In this document: positions 26,440-41,140 of the stretch, in pieces
Position numbering within the stretch: the first letter of the stretch is position 1
Layout: the number at the start of each line of letters is the position of its first letter
Assembly: GCA_951406725.2 (NCBI GenBank)
Contig: OX597814.1
Location: forward strand, 116,312,001 to 116,376,000
Length of the DNA stretch: 64,000 nt
Direction: 5' to 3'
Source: Octopus vulgaris
Taxonomy: Eukaryota
The notes under the pieces: model-generated
Databases searched by the model: none
Told to the model about the DNA's origin: nothing
Seen by the model: the letters and a program-made list of their open reading frames with translations, nothing else
Program-made: the position numbers and the translations under genes

Positions 26440-26876
26440 TCATCTTTTCCTACTTGCAGTCATTGGATAGCGGCCATGCTGGAGCACTATCTCAAAAGGT
26501 TCCATCGAGCAAATCAACCCCAGTACTTACTTTTAAATTCCGACAATTGTTCTCTCGCTCAGTTTTGCCAAATTGCTAAGTTACGGGGGCCATAGACCCC
26601 CAGTCAACAACCGGTTGTGGAGGACAAACAGAAACACAAACACACCACACAGACACAGACACACCCCACACAGAGACACACTCACACACAAACACACATA
26701 CACGCGCATGTATATACAATGGGGCCTCCATGCAGTCTCCTACATAATTCACTGACACGATATTGGCCGGCGCGGGGGCTATAGTAGAAGACTGTTTTCC
26801 AAAGTGTCACACAGTGAAACTGAACCTGAATTCATGTGATTGCAAATTGAGCTTCTTAACGATACAACCACGCCTG
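26440..26876 (-). mobile_element. tRNA-derived SINE, family B, decayed
   Basis: gcggccatgctggagcac tail, gctaagttacgggg, gctatagtagaagac and head remnants. Confidence 0.7.
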
Positions 26877-26939
26877 AAATACTGTTTCTTTTATAGTTAG
26901 ACGCTACGCCCATGATCGACGTATTCCCCTCGAAAATTT

Positions 26940-27680
26940 TGTGATTGAGGCCATTAATAATCTTCTTAAACGAGTGAAAGTTTACCACAAAAGGAAAGAT
27001 ATATGGAGGCATAAACGATCAGGATGCTGATATTACAGGCTTGGATGATTAGGAAATTTTGTAAGTTCGATACCTTGGAGGTTGGATACGATATAAATGA
27101 TAGGATGAAATGAGTGAGTCGGGAGTGTTCGAGAGGGAGTGGTACAAACACACTTTGCTGTTAAGGCAAAGGTCAATGTAGCAACAGTAGAAAATGCAAA
27201 AGGAGGGAACAGCTCGTTTATGGGTCATAGATTGGAAGGTGTATGGGAATAACTCTATGGCAACAAGTTGAATGGATTTTCCAGTGGCGGACTGGGTCTA
27301 AAAATACCCGCCACTACAAGGGACCCCACCCGCAACTATATGGGGGCCCACCCGCAACTACAAGGGAGTCCACTTGCAACTACAATGCTATCATTTAATT
27401 ATTTTTTTGTTAAAAGTATTCTTTTTAACTGTCTTCAAACACAGCCAGGCTGAAATAACGCATTCTTCCAGGAGTGAATATAAAATTCTCAGACTTGAGG
27501 GGATGGGCCTCTTAGATACTAACATGAGCCCCCATATATGGATTCCGATGTGCAGAGACCCACTCACCGTCGGGCAAACTGGCAACCTGGGCAGTCCACC
27601 ACTGGGCTTTTCTGTGAATGCCGTCCAGGATATCTGCAAGTGTAGAAGTAGTGTGGAACGATGGTGGTAGGGACCCATCT
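26940..27680 (-). mobile_element. Decayed LINE ORF2 C-terminus interrupted by a hAT MITE
   Basis: ILDGIHRKSIQLV...FQSMTHKRAV...PYIFPFVVNFHSFKKIIN reads across the MITE. Confidence 0.45.
27282..27604. mobile_element. hAT-type MITE
   Basis: TIRs cagtggcggactg / cagtccaccactg. 8-bp TSD ggattttc / ggcttttc. Three ~22-bp subterminal tandem repeats. Confidence 0.8.
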
Positions 27681-29397
27681 ACGCTTTCCTCATATTTGAC
27701 TGGTACGTGGTTCGGTGATACTTTCTTGATAAGAGTAGTAGATTGTATTAAAAAAAATTTTTCTGGCATTTGAAAGAGAGAAAATTGGCTCATGGCCCCC
27801 ACTGGGAAATGCTTCGCTGTTCTTGTTAAATGCCTCGAAACCTCTAGCTTCTATACACAGAGTATAAATTCGCATTTATACCAATAATAATTGGTGCTCT
27901 TGGTTTATGAGTAAATTTATGAATAAATGATAGTCTGCATAAGCTTGGGTTTCATGAAAAAGAAACCATCCAACTAACAGGCACAATACAAATACAATCT
28001 GAAAGAAGAACAGTAAAAAATTTTCTCAAGTTTCTGAAGTATTAAATATGAATTAGTTTCGTTATCTGCGCTCCAGCAATTGAGCAGTGCATTCTTGTTA
28101 AAACCTGCTCCTCCCTTAAAGTAAGACTTCAAATGATTGAAATGAGAATTGAACACACCAACATATATATCCATATGCACACATACACACTAACACACAT
28201 ATATAGCTGCACGCAAAAATATTATGATTGTATTTTATATTGAAAATATTTCGTGATTAATAGCGTTAAAGTTATGTTGACATGTTACATAATGCATTCA
28301 TATGTTTGCACATTACGTTAGCATTCTTGAATCTATAGTTACAAAGATTTACATGAACTTTTGTAGTCTTCATTTCTTTAAATTCAGTTAGTGTTTACGA
28401 TATTGTGTAGCCTTTTATGTCTGTCTTTCTTACTAATCTCTCTTTTGTTTTTCATATAGAAAACCATGGTTTTCTTACACAGTTACATTCAGCTCTTAAT
28501 CTTAAAATCTTAAACACATTATGTCTAAGAGAGGCAGCTGAAGCTGCAGTGAATTCAGACTGTCTAAAATGTTAGTTATCACTCACTCTGAAATGCAAAT
28601 GACCAACATGAGGCAAATTTTTAACAGCGATTGTCAGAGAATAGTAGTGAAGTATGTTTCTTATTAGAGACTTCCATAGATAGTATCCTACTCCGAAACT
28701 GAACATAATATATCTGAGTTAACTTATCAGCTGGTTCATAATCCAGAATCATTTGCTTCTTCACTTCAAGACTAATTCCACTTCTTAGTGAGTGTGGAAC
28801 ATCAATACGTCACCGCTTGAAGCCACCGACATCCTGTTGTTCTACATACAAGGGTTGTAATGATTGCAGCAATCCCAAACAAACCATTCACTAAATGCCA
28901 TGTCACTGTCTAATAAATGACCAATAATCGATGGACTGATAAACCTACTTTCTCTTTGTAAACATCCACAGTCGCTAGTTAAACATTGATCCTATCCATC
29001 ATCTGCTATACTCTGAGGTAAGCACCACTTCTGCTCAGATTACACTCTATATTCTAACTTAATTCAGACTGTTTGTCTTCATTTACATAGAAAACATTCG
29101 CCCCACTGCTCGTCCTTTCCTATTGAGAATGGCATATGTTTTCTTGCCATTTTACTCCGCTAACTACCGTTTCGAAATATTTAATAGATGATGAGGTATA
29201 GAAATCCGTCAATCACTGTCTGTTGTATGAAAACCCTACAAATGACCTTATTGCGAAAAAGCAAAGATGTTTTTATTCAGCGTTTTACCTGCCATATACA
29301 AGTGTGTGTATAATCGTCATCTTTAACTAACAGATTCCTCATGTTAGTTCTGATCTACTTCTATGAGAACTTAGTTTCTTTCAGTTTTATATTGAAC

Positions 29398-30364
<967 letters not shown>

Positions 30365-30428
30365 GGACTATGTTTCTTCTTTAGAACAAAAAAAACAAAA
30401 ACAATTAGTATCTCAATAGTTACTTAAT

Positions 30429-30783
30429 GTTTGCAAAAGAGATATGAAGGCCTGCGACATCAATATTAACAACTGGGAAGCAGTCGCCAGCAACCGTGGA
30501 AATTGGCGATGTACCGTAAAAGCGGGAACACAAAGGAGTGACTGAGGGGGAGAGGAGAAATGGAAAGATAAGAAAAGACGTCAACAAGAAACTATGTCAT
30601 TACAACCAGCCAGGCAAAGTCTTCGCTACATTTGCGGCACCTGCCAGAGGGAGTGTTTGTCCAGGATAGGACTACCCAGCCACAGCAGGAGATATATTAG
30701 GACATGAAATGTAAAAGCCGGACTAGATTATTTTATGCGCAACTCCATTATCTCCCGAGACAAAAACGATGCCAACAACAACA
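30429..30783 (+). mobile_element. 5'-truncated RTE (BovB-like) LINE
   Basis: VCKRDMKACDININNWEAVASNRGNWR, CGTCQRECLSRIGLPSHSR, (caa)n tail, 11-bp TSD agttacttaat. Confidence 0.85.
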
Positions 30784-31180
30784 AGTTACTTAATCTCTAA
30801 TACTGGCATACACACAAAAACCCCAGCTCTTCTGCTTCTAGTACGATGAAATTTACTGCTCTCAGTTATTAAGGGACTGCCCCAATCATATCCTGTTATC
30901 CCGCTCCTCATCCTACAGAATACAACTCCTCATCAATACAGAATCTGGCTTCTTATTATAATCAAAATCACTAACAGTTTCCTTGAAGATCTGCAAAGGT
31001 CATATGCACGGTTTCCTATCCTGTAATTAATTCATAGTAAATATATTGGGTTGGAGTTGGTGAATTCCATATTCTTAAATGTTAAGAAAGCCACTGAAGA
31101 TTGAGAAGCTATTATTTTGTTCCTGGTTAGCTCCGGCTTAGTGGACCTAAAATCATACATATTTCAAGATAGACAGTCAC

Positions 31181-31388
31181 AAGGCGACGAGCTGGCAGAA
31201 ACGTTAGCACGCCGGGCGAAATGCTTAGCGGCATTTCGTCTGCCGAGGTCGACTTTGCCTTTCATCCTTTCCGGGACGATAAATTAAGTACCAGTTACGC
31301 ACTAGAGTCGATGGAATCGATTTAATCCGTTTGTCTGTCTTTGTTTGTCCCTTCTATGTTTAGCCCTTTCTGGGCAATAAAGAAATAA
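31181..31388 (+). mobile_element. Family A SINE with L1/Tx1-like tail
   Basis: Family A head, imperfect TSD aagat.gacagtca, tail ttgtccc...gccc-tttct-gggc-aataaagaaa. Confidence 0.8.
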
Positions 31389-31684
31389 GATTGACAGTCA
31401 TACCTTTTCGAACGTACTTTATTTCATACTAGATTACCAAATGTTATTCGCGTTACTAGAGCGTATGCTGCAAAACGAGGGTGATTTTCCTAGTATTTCT
31501 AAGAGTTAAACGACTACATATACACTGCTTCGTTGTTTTGACATTATTAATTAAGTTAGTCGGATGGATCCCATTAATCATCAATCAAAGATATGAATCT
31601 TTTGTGTGTTGTGTAGTGCTCCCACTTTTGAAGACGTGACACTGCGGCGGCTACGTTAATTATACACAGGCGAGGAATTAGGCT

Positions 31685-32138
31685 TGTAGCGGCACAAGCA
31701 GCCAGCGCTATATTGGAAGAGATCTCGCAGCAGCCATTGCCATCTCCAAGACTGGAGCGAGACCTCACCTGCATCGATTTTCCATGCGCGAGATCACAGC
31801 GAGGCTCGCGATAGAAAATAACTATATAAAGAGTAAACCGATTCAGACATCTCTTCTTCGGCGCCACTACACAGCAGCACTGGCTGATCACCGCCACTGG
31901 CAGAGTTTTTTCTGCCTGTCTATCGCCAGAGGTAATGCGCCCACACTATCGTAGCTTAAGATGGTAGCTGAGAGCAGCACACTGTAAATAAACCTGTTGT
32001 AAATAGCATTTGTCTTTTCTCTTCGCATACTGGAAGCTTGAACTACACGATGAAGAAAAGAAAGAAGGAAGGATACGATATTCTTCCAATATCGTAAACC
32101 TTGCCTTCCATTATTAAAAATGGTGACCCCTGACGTAG
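31685..32138 (+). mobile_element. LTR retrotransposon 5' LTR plus primer binding site for tRNA-Trp, internal region absent
   Basis: TG start (boundary uncertain), tatataaa at 31823, aataaa near 31987. tggtgacccctgacgt at 32121 matches the tRNA-Trp PBS TGGTGACCCCGACGT with one insertion. Confidence 0.7.
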
Positions 32139-33375
32139 AAAAGGTTGCCATCCATTATAGGCTGAATCAAAATATAAATGCTTTGAACATTACAAAGTTA
32201 TTAATATGATTCGAACATTCGATCCTTCGTATGGTAAAGTGAATTTTCTTAATTCCTCGTATCATAGCTCTGCAAATTCACATTAAATGTTTCCTGTTTA
32301 AACTTCCAAAAATTCACAATAGCAAAATTTCTATTTTATATTTATTGTTGATAATATCTGTAACTTTTTTTTGGATTGATAATCTTTACATTAAGCAAAC
32401 GACCTCCCGAAAGGAGATACCATGAGTGAAATTCAGGTTTTATTGTTGTGTCTCTGAATGAAGATGTTTATTTTTAAAAATAACAATATCATGTTGGAAT
32501 CACTTGAGAGTTAATATGACATGAGTCATGCGAAGAATATTTCGGTACGTCCACAAAATCAGATTATATTAGTCTCTTAAGATTATCATATCTAGTATTA
32601 TTCTTGACAGCATGTAATAAATTTAATCCATAATTCTCAACCAAGGTTTCTTAGGTACAATGAAATACAAATCGTAATTCAGGACTTTAACTTGATTTAA
32701 AACTTTCTATTTTGCAGTTGGTTTCTTTCACGATGCATGGACCATTTCTCATGAGTAAAAATGGAGAAAATTTGTGGAAGTGCTGCATTCGGTTTATAAT
32801 TAACTCTGAATTCTTTAGATTAATAATTGGCAGTATACATCCATACATACATACATACATACATACATACATACATACATACATACAAGCATGTCTAGAT
32901 ATGCCAGTATATACATAAGACATACACAAAGCAAAGCATATAAATCTGCACCTATACATACATACAAACACACATACATATATACACACACACATACATA
33001 CATACATAATACATACATACATACATACATACATACATTGATTCATACAGGCATAAAACCTTGTTGCTGTTGTTGAAATTCCAATTAAGGAGGCTTGGAT
33101 CTAGGTTAGAAGCCGGCTCCTTCTCTATTAACAAGAGATCTTGAAATAAAATTGAATAACGATATACATACATACGTTCAGGTGTGCATACCTGCATACA
33201 CTGATACATCCATCCATCCATCAATCGGTATATATGTATGTATGTATGTGTGTATGTATGTATGTATGTATGTATGTATGTATGTATGTATGTATGCATG
33301 TATGTGTGTATGTATGTATGAATGCATGCATGCATGTATGTGTGTATTCGTTCAACGAATTGTACACATGTTAAT

Positions 33376-33425
33376 ATGTGCCTGATGAAGATTAATTAAA
33401 TCTGAAATCAGCCCTGATATGGCTC
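33376..33425 (+). ncRNA. HHR-like motif with intact core but poor stem I
   Basis: CUGAUGA agauu-aauua-aaucu GAAA ucag-cc-cuga UA; the flanks do not pair directly. Confidence 0.4.
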
Positions 33426-33760
33426 CATCTCGCTTGTCGTGGAGGCGGGAGCACATCTCCTTTGCCAGTCATTAGAAAGTGCTCTCACTTGGGTAAGAGT
33501 TGTTTTGACTTTTATTTCTAGCAATGCTGGTGCTTGCTAGCAGCCTCCTTCACTTTAGTGACGACTATACTTGTTGTCTTTTTATACAAAACAATGGAAA
33601 CATCTAGGATCATAGCATAATAAATTTGAAATATCTTTAAAACCGTAAAATCTTGTTTATTTTTATGTTTTTTGATTTATAAGTGTTGCTTATTTTGTTC
33701 TGCTAAAATTACTGTTTCTTTTCAGATATCACCAGAAAAAGGTAATTAAAATTCATTAAA

Positions 33761-34940
33761 ATGATAGATCTATCGGACTTTAAAAGAGGTCAAATTCTTG
33801 GTGCTGTTATGGCAGGCGCTAGCGTAACGAAGCAGCCAAAATGTCTGGTGTATCAAGAAGTACTGTCTCGAAAGCAATGAAAGCCTTTGAAAAAGAAGAA
33901 CAAACCTCCTCGTCGAAACACAATTCCGGAAGAAAACCAAAACTTACAGATAGGGACCGTCGGACTCTTACGCGAATTGTTAGGAAGGATCACAAAAGTA
34001 CTGCTTTCAAAAATACTGTAGAGCTTAATGACCACCTCGAGAACCCAGTTTCCTCAAAAACAGTTCGCACAAAGCCAGATTTCACAGGAGGGCTGCAATC
34101 AGAAAATCACTACTTTCAAAAACAAATGCTGTAAAGCGTTCAGAGTGGTGTAAAAACCTACAGAATTGGTCCCTAGGGAAGTGGAAGTATGTTATTTTCT
34201 CGGACGAGTCATCCTTTACCTTATTTCCGACCACCGGCAGAGTATACGTGGGGAGACAGCCAAAAAATCATTTAACTACATTTTTTCCAACTGTTAAACA
34301 TAGAGGAGGATCTGTGATGATCTTGTAATTGTAAATCCGCCGGCCCTATTTTTTCCGTTCATGGCAGAATAAATATTCAAGACTGTTTAAGCATTTTATC
34401 TGATGATCAAATACGTCCTATGGTTGCGGAACTGTTTCGGTACGTCCACAAAATCAGATTATATTAGTCTCTTAGGATTATCATATCTAGTATTATTCTT
34501 GACAGCATGTAATAAATTTAATCCATAATTCTCAACCAAGGTTTCTTAGGTACTCTTCCTACAATGAAATACAAATCGTAATTCAGGACTTTAACTTTCA
34601 GGATGATAATGCCCCAATTCACGCAGTTAAGTTGTTACTGAATGGCACGAGTTGAATGTCTTATCTGGCTACAGTCCCCAGATCTCAATATTATTGAACA
34701 TTTATGGTGCATTTTAGAAAAAAACAAGTAAGGAGTCGATATTCTCCACCAACATCACTACTAGAAATGGAAACTGTTTTAGCTGAAGAATGGACAAAAA
34801 GCCCTTTGGAAACAATTCAAACTTTGTACGAGTCCAGACTTCGTAGAATTCAAGCAGCAATTACTGCCAAAGATGGTCCTACCCCATATTAAAATACATT
34901 TGTTTGAAATTTTAAGGTGTTTACATTATTTTGTCCAACC

Positions 34941-34944
<4 letters not shown>
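33761..34944 (+). pseudogene. Tc1-family (DD34E) transposase pseudogene with probable 3' TIR
   Basis: DLSDFKRGQI, GVSRSTVSK, SGRKPKLTDRDRR, VIFSDES, FQDDNAPIH, SPDLNIIEHLW. Frameshifts and a 163-bp foreign insertion. Confidence 0.9.
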
Positions 34945-34990
<46 letters not shown>

Positions 34991-35214
34991 TTATATGCAT
35001 ACACATATATATATACACACACACATACACACACACAGGCACATAAACACACACATGCACACACATATCTGTCATTGTATATCATATATAACGCTCATTT
35101 AGATATTTCTATTATGTAAAGCATCCTAAGAATCGTGTCGTATTCTCTTATGTATTTTGCTGTCTCAATATCTGTTGCAATCTGAGTTGACTTATGAAAT
35201 TCCTTACTAAATGT

Positions 35215-35390
35215 TTTCCAATTTTGGAACAAGGCCAGCAATTTGTATCGTTCCCTGTACGACTTGACTGGTACTTTATTTTATCGATTCTAAAAGGATG
35301 AATCAAAATGACGACCTCGTTGGCATTTGAATCAGGATGTAGAAGGACTGTCGCAAAGCACTTTGTCCGACGCACTAACGAGTCTACCTA
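35215..35390 (-). mobile_element. Family A SINE, decayed
   Basis: ctggtactttattttatcga...aaaggatgaa...cgacctcg...atttgaa. Confidence 0.6.
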
Positions 35391-35407
35391 CACGTTGCTC
35401 TTGGTGA

Positions 35408-35804
35408 CACTTTGTCTCCAACAATTCGGTGCGACACCAGTGCAGAATCACCTTCCTCCAACAATTCATCCTAACGAGACGTCTGTGTTGGCTGGGTCAT
35501 GCCCTCCGTCGTCAACCAGGAGAATTCATCTACGAAGCAATTTCCCCAGCTCCCCTTCAGGGTTGGCGAAAGCGATGTGGTGGACAACGAAAAACCTGGC
35601 TGATGACAGTCAAGGCTGATCTGGAACCCAACCTAGGACCCCATGTCTACGGCGTTCGCCGCTAGAATAAGGAGTGGTTGGAGATCACGCGGTCGTTAGC
35701 CTCAAATCGCCAGGCCTGGTCGGCGTTTGTGAGAGATGCAGCATTGAGGATGAATGAAGCCAGCTCAACCCACCCCGGGTGAATGTTGTCTCAAGTCAAG
35801 TCAA
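35408..35804 (+). mobile_element. 5'-truncated RTE-clade LINE
   Basis: RRLCWLGHALRR...WRKRCGGQRKTW, (tcaag)3 tail, 14-bp TSD gttgctcttggtga (35394-35407 and 35805-35818). Confidence 0.85.
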
Positions 35805-35952
35805 GTTGCTCTTGGTGATTATTCGGATAATGATGCCAGCTGGTCCCAAATGCGGATAAATTCTTTCGACGGATGCCAAGTTTACTGCGAAGAAAAAAGG
35901 AATATGTGTGGTTTTCATGCATTTCTTTAAAATACATATTTGCGATTTATGT

Positions 35953-36250
35953 GAAGGCGCGTAGCGTAGTGGTTAGAGTATTGCACTCAAGATCGCTACA
36001 TCACGGTTTCGAATGCCCGACCAGCTCGCGCGTTGTGGTCGTGAGCAAAAAAACTTCATTTGCACGTTGTTCTAGTCCATTTAACCGTGAATAAGGAACC
36101 CTGTAACGGAATCGGCTTCCGATTAAGTAGTATGTTGACCTGCTCGTCTAGCTAGGTGAGTGCCATAATTCGAAAGCGAAAACAATGCAATGCGCTCTGT
36201 GACCAGCGATGTGTAACAATAGTCTAATCGATTCCGTAATAACGCGATTC
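35953..36250 (+). mobile_element. tRNA-derived SINE, decayed
   Basis: A box tagcgtagtgg, B box ggtttcgaatgcc, core shared with 17140-17425. Confidence 0.65.
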
Positions 36251-37198
36251 GTGATGTGCGTGAAATGGACACACACAAATTAATCTATTCATTTCTTGGT
36301 AGATAATCTTTGTCATACGGCGATTTCTTCATATTCGACACCCAAAGAGGCCGGCTGTCTGCTTCACATTCATTGAATTCAAAAGTATAAAACTACTACT
36401 TTACACATTATTGCTTCGTTGTAATTTATATTTCACTTAGATTATGATTTCTATTGTAACACATGCTTCAGATGTTTACCCTGAATCCTTTGTGTTGAAC
36501 GTGTAGATAGCCAGATCCAATGACGGAAGATATAATAATTGCCACTATCTGTCACAACAGCGTGTGAGATTAGAGTTAGCTATCGAATTTTGATCTTCAA
36601 GGCAAGGTTAATGGTATTAACTTTCATAGAAGTCGTAATAATCAAAATGTATCTTCGTTTGGAAATTTCCACAATTCTGTGTCTCTTATCTACGAAATCC
36701 CACTTTTGTTTCGTGGTTGAATGCATTTAGCAATGCTGAAAGGTAAGCTATTTGAAATAACTGAAATTAGATTGAATCAATGTAATAAAGATTTAGAATA
36801 TGAAATTCTAATAGATGACGTCAGTAAAATGAATAATAAATATTAGACAAAATAAGCAGGAAACATAAACATATGCTGTATGTACGTTTCTCGCCCTTTC
36901 CTGTATCACCTAAATTATATACGGATGAAAGTGAAGGAACTATATCTCTACACTGAATATTTTGGTCAGTACTTTGCACCGAAACTTGTTATACTCAGCA
37001 CACGAGGAAAAGATGTACGGCAAAAAGAAAAATGTCTTCAGAAATAGCAATTAAATCTTCTCTGTGTTAACACAAATGCAACTGATTGAATAATGGAATA
37101 AAATATTGGATGATAATCTACAAGATTAATTACTTGTAGGGAGTCTGTAGTTTTATAGAAAACCTGTAAAAATAATCATATGCGAGGAAGTGCGTGGC

Positions 37199-37236
<38 letters not shown>

Positions 37237-37240
<4 letters not shown>

Positions 37241-37998
37241 ATTATTATTTCTAAAACTCTCAAAGAGAGATGTTCAGTAACAGCTCTTTAAAGTAAAGGC
37301 TATTTGCCAACATAATGTGGCTGTCCTGGAAAGGACGATTCTTACTGTTGTTTACCGCCCAGTAAACATCGTTTCCAGCTGGCTACACGATATCTGTGTC
37401 CTTTTTTTTCGATTAGGGAGTCTAGTACCCCCATTCAGCACAAAGCAACATCTATGGATAGGTTTCTGTGATATTGCTCTGTATCAACACAGAGCAGCTG
37501 CTTGGCTAGATGGCTTTGCTGAATTCCCGTTCGAAAATATATAGTTTTCAGAGTGACACACAGCGACTGATCTAATAAATAGAAACATTACTATTTCTAA
37601 ATCTTCTTTAAAGTAAAAGTTATTTGCCAACACAATGTGGTTGTCCTGGAAGGGACGATTTTACTACTGCTTGGCCCCAGGAAGCATCGCTTGCGGCTGG
37701 CTATACGACATACTATCCTAAAATTTTCGAATATGTTGTCCAATACCCGCCATCTAGCACAAAGCAACATCTGTGAATAGGTTTATGGAGCTAAAAGAGA
37801 GTAACAATCGGCCCTTCCAGGAAAGTCACATTATTTTTACAAATAGCTTTTACTTTAAAGAACTGTTACTGAATATCTCTCTTTGAGAGATTTAGAAATA
37901 ATAATGTTTCTATATATTAAATCAGGTACTGTGTGTCACTTTGAAAACTATATATTTTCGAAGGGAATTCAAGCAACGCCACCTAGCCAAGCAGCTGC
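37237..37998. mobile_element. 346-bp retrozyme-like tandem repeat (minus, ~1.6 units) joined to an inverted partial copy (37787-37998, plus)
   Basis: aaacatta.tatttctaaa at 37237 and 37583; conserved domain shared with the 2.6 and 45.2 kb arrays. Decayed HHR at 37451-37493 (ucugug UUGAUAC...GAAA ccua UC cauaga). Confidence 0.8.
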
Positions 37999-39388
37999 GA
38001 GACATCATTAAGTTCTTTAAGGAGAAAGGGAGCGCATATTTTAGGTGATATATATATATATATATATAATATATGTATACATATACATATATATATATAT
38101 ATATCAGCAAAAGCTCTTCCACTGTGGTATTCCTTTTTTGTAAATTTCATTGTTTGTATTACTGCACTTTGTTTGCCCAAACCGTTCAAGATATCTCTTC
38201 ATTGTATTTGTTATCATCCACGGTCGCTTTTCCGGGGTCTCGAAATCCATTCTGGAAGTATTTTTGTACATTTTTTGTACAATCTGTTCAAAAATTTCCT
38301 ACAATTAGAATTGTTACTTCAGTATCTTGAACAAGGTTATTAGTTCTGTCAAAATCAAGTATCTCTAAGTATGAATCAAATATCGTTGGAGACATGTCTT
38401 TCCGAGCAGATTAGATTGTGAAAAACATCCCATGTGATACACTTACAAAAATCAATCATTCTAGTCAGTTTCTATAATGAATAATTCACTTTCACCAAAA
38501 ATCGAAATATATAAAGATATTTTAGGCAGAGAAATCATATTACAAGCGTTATCTTAACGTCTCTGTTTATAATTAGATTGAAATGTAAAATTAGCTAAAG
38601 CAATTACAATTCCGCTTCTTTTCGCCAACCTTTTGGTATTAATTTTACAATTCCCCTTGCAGTATTTCAAAATTAGCTTGTTGATTAGCTCTTGTCATTT
38701 GTAAAAAAAAAATCCTCAAGCATTTTTACTTTCATTTAAAATTAAATCTAGAACATTTTATATTAGTTTACAAAAAATAAAAAGATAAATAAAGAAAATC
38801 TAAAAAAAAAAGAAAAGCAAATTTCGTTCGATAAACCAAAATAAACGAATAAACAAATAAAAGATGTTATTTTTGCCACAAGGTAAGAATTTTATAAAGT
38901 TTAAAATAATAATAAGAAAACGAAAAATCAATAACTTCGAACACAATCAATGCTTTTCTCCCCTAAGGCACGAAAACATTCAATGTTTCAGATCTGACAT
39001 GAGAACGGTTGAAGAAAAGAATAATATTAAGTAAAAGTTGTAATTATAGAGAGTTTATATTTAAGTGAAAATTTATTTTCTTTTAAAAGTTTACGAAGGA
39101 ATGTGGGTTGATGATACGAAATAAATTTACGAAATAAATTTACCATTACTAATTAACTGTTTTATACTGAACCCTGCTCTCATGAGATAACACGTTGCCT
39201 ATTTTAAGAGTATATACTAAATGAAATATATAAACTGAGATAATAATAATGAATACGAAAGTTGTGAAACTTTCTGCAAGATTTTAATATAATTTCATTG
39301 AAATTCCGACTCGCTGCATCACTATTCACACCAGCAGACACACTCCACGCTCACATAGGTATTTATGTGTATAGCAACAAATCAAGGT

Positions 39389-39421
<33 letters not shown>

Positions 39422-39430
39422 GTATATAAG

Positions 39431-39566
<136 letters not shown>

Positions 39567-40055
39567 CAGATATATCGTTGATTGCTGAAGTATAAAGACG
39601 TGCTTTTACTCCTCTCCGCGCCGGTCAGCAGCAAGCTTCACAGCTACATTCGAAATTGACCATCACATATATTCCTGTATATTTGAAACCACGCTTTTTC
39701 CAAACTCGTGAGTAGACTTTTCTTTAACCACAAACTATTTTCATAATTTTCAAACGACCAAATAAACAAAACCACACACTCGTATGAGAGAGTATTCATT
39801 TTTCGTCAACACCTTCTGATAACTAAAGGATCACCCACACATTAAAAATTAGAAAAAGAGGGAAAAAAAGAAAAGAAAAGAAAAGAAAAGAAAGATAAAA
39901 TAACTACAAGCTCATAATTCAAATACAAACTTCTCAGTATTACAGCAAACATTCTGTACAATCTATTCTACATACTTCTCCTTAAAAAAAAATAATTAAA
40001 AGTAATCAACAAAACAAACGAACAAAATAACATTTAATAAAACATATCCACCAGA

Positions 40056-41140
40056 ATGGCTAGCCACCAAAAATCCAACAAAAACGGGTCTGATAATGAA
40101 GTCGACGTTCTTATCAACACATGGCATGGCCTTACCCAAACAGAGAGCATAGGTGCTTCGTGTCTGAACGAAATTGCTAAACAAACAGTTCACCATTTGC
40201 AAGCTCGATCTGAACAGCAGATACAAAATAAATTAAGACAAATCGAAGTTGCTTTTAAATTAATAAATAAACACCTCGATAAACTGAGATGTGTTTTCTC
40301 TTCGAACGCATCACCGGCGCAACAACAACTACAACAACCTCAACAACAAACTCAGCGGCAACAACAACAACAACAGCTACAGCAACAACAACAACTTCAG
40401 CAGCAACAACCTCAGCGGCAACAACAACAACCTCAACAACAAACTCAGCGGCAGCAACAACAACAACAGATACAGCAACAACAACAACAACTTCAGCAGC
40501 AACAACCTCAGCGGCAACAACAACAGGATGAACCACTCCTTGATTCATCTACAATGGCCGATTTGCTAAACGAAACGATTGACACCCCAGTCATCAGGGT
40601 CACACAGCATGAAGCACCACCCCTTCCTTTCGCGGCCCCAGCAGCTCAATCATCATCATTGTCAACACCATCTCCTCTGCTTACTACTACTAGTACTACT
40701 CTCACTATGTATCGACAAACATCTTTGTCTACCGCTATCTCATGGAATCGACCTCCTCAATCATTACCACTGTCAACATCTCTTCTACCTACTACTACTA
40801 CTACAACAACTACTAATAATGCTATCTCAAGGAATTTACCTCCTACAGGTCACAAAGGTCGCCAAAACTTCAACAAACTATCATCTACACCTCTCACAAC
40901 TCACACACACGCACCTACACACCCACTCTAAACCCCATCATTTGCCGATATTCTCTTCGACACAGACTGTGCACTGACAGAGACTGCAAATTCACCCATT
41001 TACCTGGAACAAAACGCTCTATCCCCACAAACTACAACAGCAACCACCATAATACATACTCTATTACAACACCACCACAACCACCAATATCTCAAACAAA
41101 GAATCCCCAAATCTGCCGCTATTCCCAGCGAGACAGATTG
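40056..41140 (+). pseudogene. Putative LINE ORF1: helical N-terminus, poly-Gln, S/T/P-rich region, then frameshifted CCCH zinc fingers
   Basis: ORF 40056-40931. In the -1 frame from ~40928: NPIICRYSLRHRLCTDRDCKFTH (C-x8-C-x4-C-x3-H) and a second truncated NPQICRYSQRDRL. Confidence 0.6.

Noticed and set aside
28440-29380. Possible decayed APE endonuclease on the minus strand; similar hints at 8770-9240 and GIY-YIG hints at 150-640
   Set aside because: Motifs are too eroded to call without a profile search.
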